Source of the DNA: Eubacteriales bacterium
GTDB lineage: Bacteria > Bacillota > Clostridia > Oscillospirales > CAG-272
DNA length: 57,899 bases
NCBI GenBank assembly: GCA_045537595.1
Contig: JAZSPS010000047.1
Span: forward strand, 1-57,899
Direction: 5' to 3'
Within the stretch, counting starts at the first letter, position 1; every line of letters begins with the position of its first letter. Of the stretch, positions 54,979 through 57,899 are shown in pieces. The notes beneath the pieces are model-generated. The model had not been told where the DNA came from, ran no database searches, and saw nothing but the letters and a program-made list of their open reading frames with translations. The position numbers and the translations under genes are program-made.

Positions 54979-55983
54979 TTACTGCTTTACCGCGTCCAGA
55001 ATTTTTTGAACCGAGGAGGTTACGTCCGCAAAAGCTTCGGGGGTCAAGGATTGGGGACCGTCACAGAGCGCATGAGAGGGGTCATTATGAACCTCGATCA
55101 TTAAGCCGTCGGCACCGCATGCCGCCGCTGCCAGAGCCATGGGCTTTACAAGCTTTGCAACCCCTGTCGCGTGGGAGGGGTCGATGATAATGGGAAGATG
55201 AGTAAGCTCATGGAGCAGGGGAACCGCGGAAAGATCCAAGGTGTTCCGAGTGTAGGTCTCAAAGGTACGGATTCCTCTTTCACAGAGAATCACGTTTTCG
55301 TTGCCTCCAGCCATAATATATTCCGCCGACATCAGCAGCTCCTTTAGGGTATTGGCAAGTCCTCTCTTCAGGAGGATCGGCTTATTGGTACGTCCCAATT
55401 CTTTTAGAAGCTCAAAATTTTGCATGTTTCTCGCGCCTACCTGAATGACATCCACATCCTCAAAGAGGGGCAGGTGATTGGCGTTCATGATCTCTGTAAC
55501 AATGGGCAGCCCTGTTTCCTTTTTCGCTTTGAGCAAAAGCTCGATTCCTTCCGCCTTCAGACCCTGAAAGTCGTAAGGAGAGGTACGGGGCTTAAACGCG
55601 CCTCCTCGCAGCATCGTAGCGCCTGCCTTTTTTACCGCGTGGGCAACCTCCATGATCTGTTCCTCGCTTTCAATAGAGCAGGGACCAGCCATAAAAGCGA
55701 AAATATCACCGCCCACCGAGGTGTTTCCCACGGTGATCACACTGTTGTCGGGATGAAACTTACGGTTCGCGCTCTTAAAGGGTTCGCTGATTCTTTTTAC
55801 AGAATCTACAATTTCCAAGCTTTCCAGAAGCTCCTCGTCGATTTTTGCGGTATCTCCTATCAATCCGATTACGGTATGCATGCTTCCTTTGGAAATATGC
55901 ACGTCTAAGCCCTGTGTTTTCAGCCACGCGGAAAGATTTTCGATTTGCGTGTCTGTGGTTCCTTGTTTCAATACTGCGATCAT
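54979..55983 (-). CDS. aroF: 3-deoxy-7-phosphoheptulonate (DAHP) synthase, type I-beta, with an N-terminal regulatory-like domain
   Basis: 334 aa from the ATG at 55983, which has AAAGGAG upstream. A roughly 70-aa ferredoxin/ACT-like N-terminus (MIAVLKQGTTDTQIENL) is followed by a KDO8PS-like barrel (GPCSIES, DPSHA). Confidence 0.9.
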   Translation of the reverse strand: MIAVLKQGTTDTQIENLSAWLKTQGLDVHISKGSMHTVIGLIGDTAKIDEELLESLEIVDSVKRISEPFKSANRKFHPDNSVITVGNTSVGGDIFAFMAGPCSIESEEQIMEVAHAVKKAGATMLRGGAFKPRTSPYDFQGLKAEGIELLLKAKKETGLPIVTEIMNANHLPLFEDVDVIQVGARNMQNFELLKELGRTNKPILLKRGLANTLKELLMSAEYIMAGGNENVILCERGIRTFETYTRNTLDLSAVPLLHELTHLPIIIDPSHATGVAKLVKPMALAAAACGADGLMIEVHNDPSHALCDGPQSLTPEAFADVTSSVQKILDAVKQ

Positions 55984-56057
55984 GATTTTTCTCCTTTGAT
56001 CTTTTTTGATCATTTAATTTTTCTGTGTGAGATTTTGGGACGAATGCCTCATCCACA

Positions 56058-56101
56058 GAAAAAATGAAGCCTTCGCGGTGTTTTTTCACCGGAAAGGCTT
56101 C
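56058..56101 (-). terminator. Leader (attenuator) intrinsic terminator upstream of aroF
   Basis: On the - strand: GAAGCCUUUCCGGUG, AAAAAA loop, CACCGCGAAGGCUUC (13 of 15 positions paired), followed by AUUUUUU. It lies about 75 nt upstream of the aroF ATG and 75 nt downstream of the leader ORF stop. Confidence 0.75.
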
Positions 56102-56176
56102 AAGAAGTTTTTTTATTTATCGGAGAATCCGAAATTTAAAACCAGATGAACCTGAAATCCGCGCCAAAAAGCACCT

Positions 56177-56245
56177 TTATTTACTACTCATGTTAAAGTA
56201 ATAAAAATAAAGGTAATAAAACTTGTTGGCAAACAATTGGTTCAT
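56177..56245 (-). CDS. Phe/Tyr-rich leader peptide (22 aa) of the aro supraoperon
   Basis: Hand translation of the - strand: AAAGGAG, then 8 nt, then ATG. The product is MNQLFANKFYYLYFYYFNMSSK*. It has 4 Phe and 5 Tyr and no Trp. It is too short for the ORF track. Confidence 0.65.
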   Translation of the reverse strand: MNQLFANKFYYLYFYYFNMSSK

Positions 56246-56299
56246 CGCCTTTTCTCCTTTGCTGTGTTTTGTATCTTTTTCGTTAAATACGATAAAATT

Positions 56300-56328
56300 A
56301 GTTTATCACCGTATTGTCTATTTGTCAA
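56300..56328 (-). promoter_or_regulatory. Sigma-A-type promoter of the aro supraoperon leader
   Basis: On the - strand: TTGACA (56328-56323), 17-nt spacer, TAAACT (56305-56300). Confidence 0.65.
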
Positions 56329-56393
56329 GAGATTTTTATAAAAAAATTATTTTTTATGAAAAATTATACAATGTATGTGAGGCATATGGAAGC

Positions 56394-57344
56394 TTACGCG
56401 AAAGGGGCGTATTCAAAAATACGGATCATTCCCATTGACACTGAGGAGGCGATTTCCTCATCGGAAAGAGCGGACACGGTTTTATCGCTTTTTAAGTTGA
56501 GAAGAGTAGCCATTGCGTCTCGGATCTGAGGCTTACCGCCGATAATTACGTGTGTCGCTTCGCTTTGACAGATGGTCTGAAGCTCACCTGAAAGAACGGC
56601 ACCCATAAAGAAGCTGTAGGTTTGCACAGCGTTCGCTCCAAAAAGATTTTTTAGAATTCTCGTTTTAAAAAGAGCTTCATTCAGTCCATGGAAAAGGGTA
56701 TAGTCATAGCCTTTGACCAGATAATCCTTGTCGGTTTCCGTCACGGAAAGGTCCACCGCGTCACGGAGGATGGTATTTTGCGAAAGAGAGGCGATCATCT
56801 CACCGGTGAGCATGGTGGTAAATTCTCGGATTTTCCCTTCTTTGTCTGTTCGAATAATTTTTGAGTGAGAGCCGGGAAGAACATAAATACAATCTTCTCC
56901 GAATGAATTTTTATTCATCAAGCCCATAAGCTCGGTCTCCTCCCCGCGCATCATGTCGCAAAGAGCCAGATCCCTGCTGTCTGTACGCACACCCGCTATA
57001 AATACGAAGGGAATGGAGGAAATATCGGGAAGAGATACCTGCTTCATTCCCTGATGAAGCTCGCGGATTCCGATGGGGCAGATCAAATGGTCCACCTTAT
57101 ACAGTCCGAATTCCGAGGTGATCATTCCCGAGGCAAGAATTCGGAGAACATCCTTTTCACGCAGCTTGTGTCTTGTCAAAAGCTCAGAAATGGTGTCTCT
57201 TACGGCAACACGCAGAGCGTTGCTGTTTCCTATACTTTTTTGCGCGCCTATGGATAGCTTGACAGTATCGGTTGTTTTTTTGTTTTCCACCAAGCTGACA
57301 CGAGTATTGGTGGTTCCTCCGTCGATGGTAATATACCGTTGCAT
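56394..57344 (-). CDS. 2-dehydro-3-deoxygalactonokinase-like (DgoK family) sugar-acid kinase
   Basis: 316 aa with the N-terminal ASKHA-type motif ITIDGGTTNTR and the internal VLPGSHSK motif, which resemble DgoK. Confidence 0.6.
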   Translation of the reverse strand: MQRYITIDGGTTNTRVSLVENKKTTDTVKLSIGAQKSIGNSNALRVAVRDTISELLTRHKLREKDVLRILASGMITSEFGLYKVDHLICPIGIRELHQGMKQVSLPDISSIPFVFIAGVRTDSRDLALCDMMRGEETELMGLMNKNSFGEDCIYVLPGSHSKIIRTDKEGKIREFTTMLTGEMIASLSQNTILRDAVDLSVTETDKDYLVKGYDYTLFHGLNEALFKTRILKNLFGANAVQTYSFFMGAVLSGELQTICQSEATHVIIGGKPQIRDAMATLLNLKSDKTVSALSDEEIASSVSMGMIRIFEYAPFA

Positions 57345-57385
57345 GTCTTCTCCTTGTTTTGATGATTATAATGCGCGATTGCTTT

Positions 57386-57898
57386 TTATTGATTTGGGGG
57401 CAATCTGCGTCCCAATCGGCTGACGGTCATTTGTAAGCGGCTTTCGCTATCGATCAATGAGCCGTTTAAAATATCTTCTTCGGTTACCTTTGCCATTAAA
57501 ATCTCTCGGGCATGGTCGGTATAATCGGCTTTCTCGCTATAAAGCGCTCCTCTTTCATGATCATAAACAATATAGAGGTATCCGTCCTTTCCCTCGGTTA
57601 CGTCGGGATAGGATACGTTGGCTCTGCCATCCAGAAGCAAGAAGCCCTCATATGTCTTTCCGTCGTCGCGTGAGATCATGGCTGTCAGGTTATTCCGTCC
57701 CGCAAAGCGGTAGTGATTGATCAAAAGGATATTGCCTGAGGTCAGTCTTCCGATATAGAAGCGGGAATTGGGGCCACCAAAACCGCAGTCAAGCGCTTTT
57801 GACCATGTTTTTCCTCCATCGAGGGAGGAGGAAAGTGCTATACCGTATTTGGTGCGAATGTACATTTCCAAGCTGCTGTCTTGCTTTTCTAAAAGCAT
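57386..57898 (-). CDS. BNR/Asp-box repeat (sialidase-like) protein, C-terminal fragment (5' end outside window)
   Basis: Asp-box motifs SLDGGKTW and SRDDGKTY. The frame is open to the window edge. Confidence 0.65.
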   Translation of the reverse strand: MLLEKQDSSLEMYIRTKYGIALSSSLDGGKTWSKALDCGFGGPNSRFYIGRLTSGNILLINHYRFAGRNNLTAMISRDDGKTYEGFLLLDGRANVSYPDVTEGKDGYLYIVYDHERGALYSEKADYTDHAREILMAKVTEEDILNGSLIDSESRLQMTVSRLGRRLPPNQ

Positions 57899-57899
57899 G

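Noticed and set aside
55984-56300. T-box riboswitch as regulator of the aro operon leader
   Set aside because: I looked for the conserved T-box core (AAnnnGGGTGGTACCGCG-like) and for a specifier-loop architecture on the minus strand and found neither. The leader is too short and is instead occupied by a translatable F/Y-rich ORF.

Overview
The window reads as chromosomal DNA from a Clostridia-like Firmicute. It is gene-dense, has strong GGAGG-type ribosome-binding sites and near-consensus sigma-A promoters. I saw no rRNA, tRNA, CRISPR array, transposase or integrase.

Four blocks are visible:

(1) 1-7.1 kb, miscellaneous genes: a cyclophilin fragment, a GH2 glycosidase with a divergent AraC regulator, a YgiQ radical-SAM protein, two possible small proteins and a degenerate asparagine-synthase-like gene.

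(2) 7.1-19.9 kb, minus strand: a housekeeping supercluster colinear with the Bacillus subtilis ylo region (yicC-remA-gmk-rpoZ-priA-def-fmt-rsmB-rlmN-[PASTA]-rsgA-thiN). In the PrkC position it carries only a kinase-less PASTA membrane protein. efp and an acidic Cys-rich gene follow on the plus strand.

(3) 21.9-37.0 kb, plus strand: one 20-gene operon for a glycyl-radical-enzyme bacterial microcompartment. It encodes a class II aldolase, Zn-ADH, aldehyde dehydrogenase, PduL, an acyl kinase, a DeoR regulator, four BMC-H, one BMC-P, one BMC-T, PduU, PduV and a PduS-like protein. This is a fucose/rhamnose-type (GRM5-like) metabolosome.

(4) 37-57.9 kb: a HAD hydrolase; a galT / kinase-like / glutaminase-like GH unit; DUF1934 plus a heterodimeric ABC exporter; a nine-gene aromatic amino-acid supraoperon on the minus strand (aroF-tyrA-aroB-aroA-aroC-MFS-pheA-aroE/K-aroQ); then a DgoK-like kinase and a BNR/sialidase-like fragment.

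The observation I rate highest is not in the ORF track. It is a 22-codon Phe/Tyr-rich leader ORF (MNQLFANKFYYLYFYYFNMSSK) with its own promoter and RBS, followed by an intrinsic terminator, directly upstream of the aro supraoperon. This is a candidate ribosome-mediated attenuator.

Secondary observations lie inside the microcompartment operon: shared encapsulation-peptide-like helices on five cargo proteins, a Cys-rich linker on the aldolase, an atypical BMC-H pore loop, a 6 x 10-nt stop-codon repeat and a hairpin cluster between shell genes.
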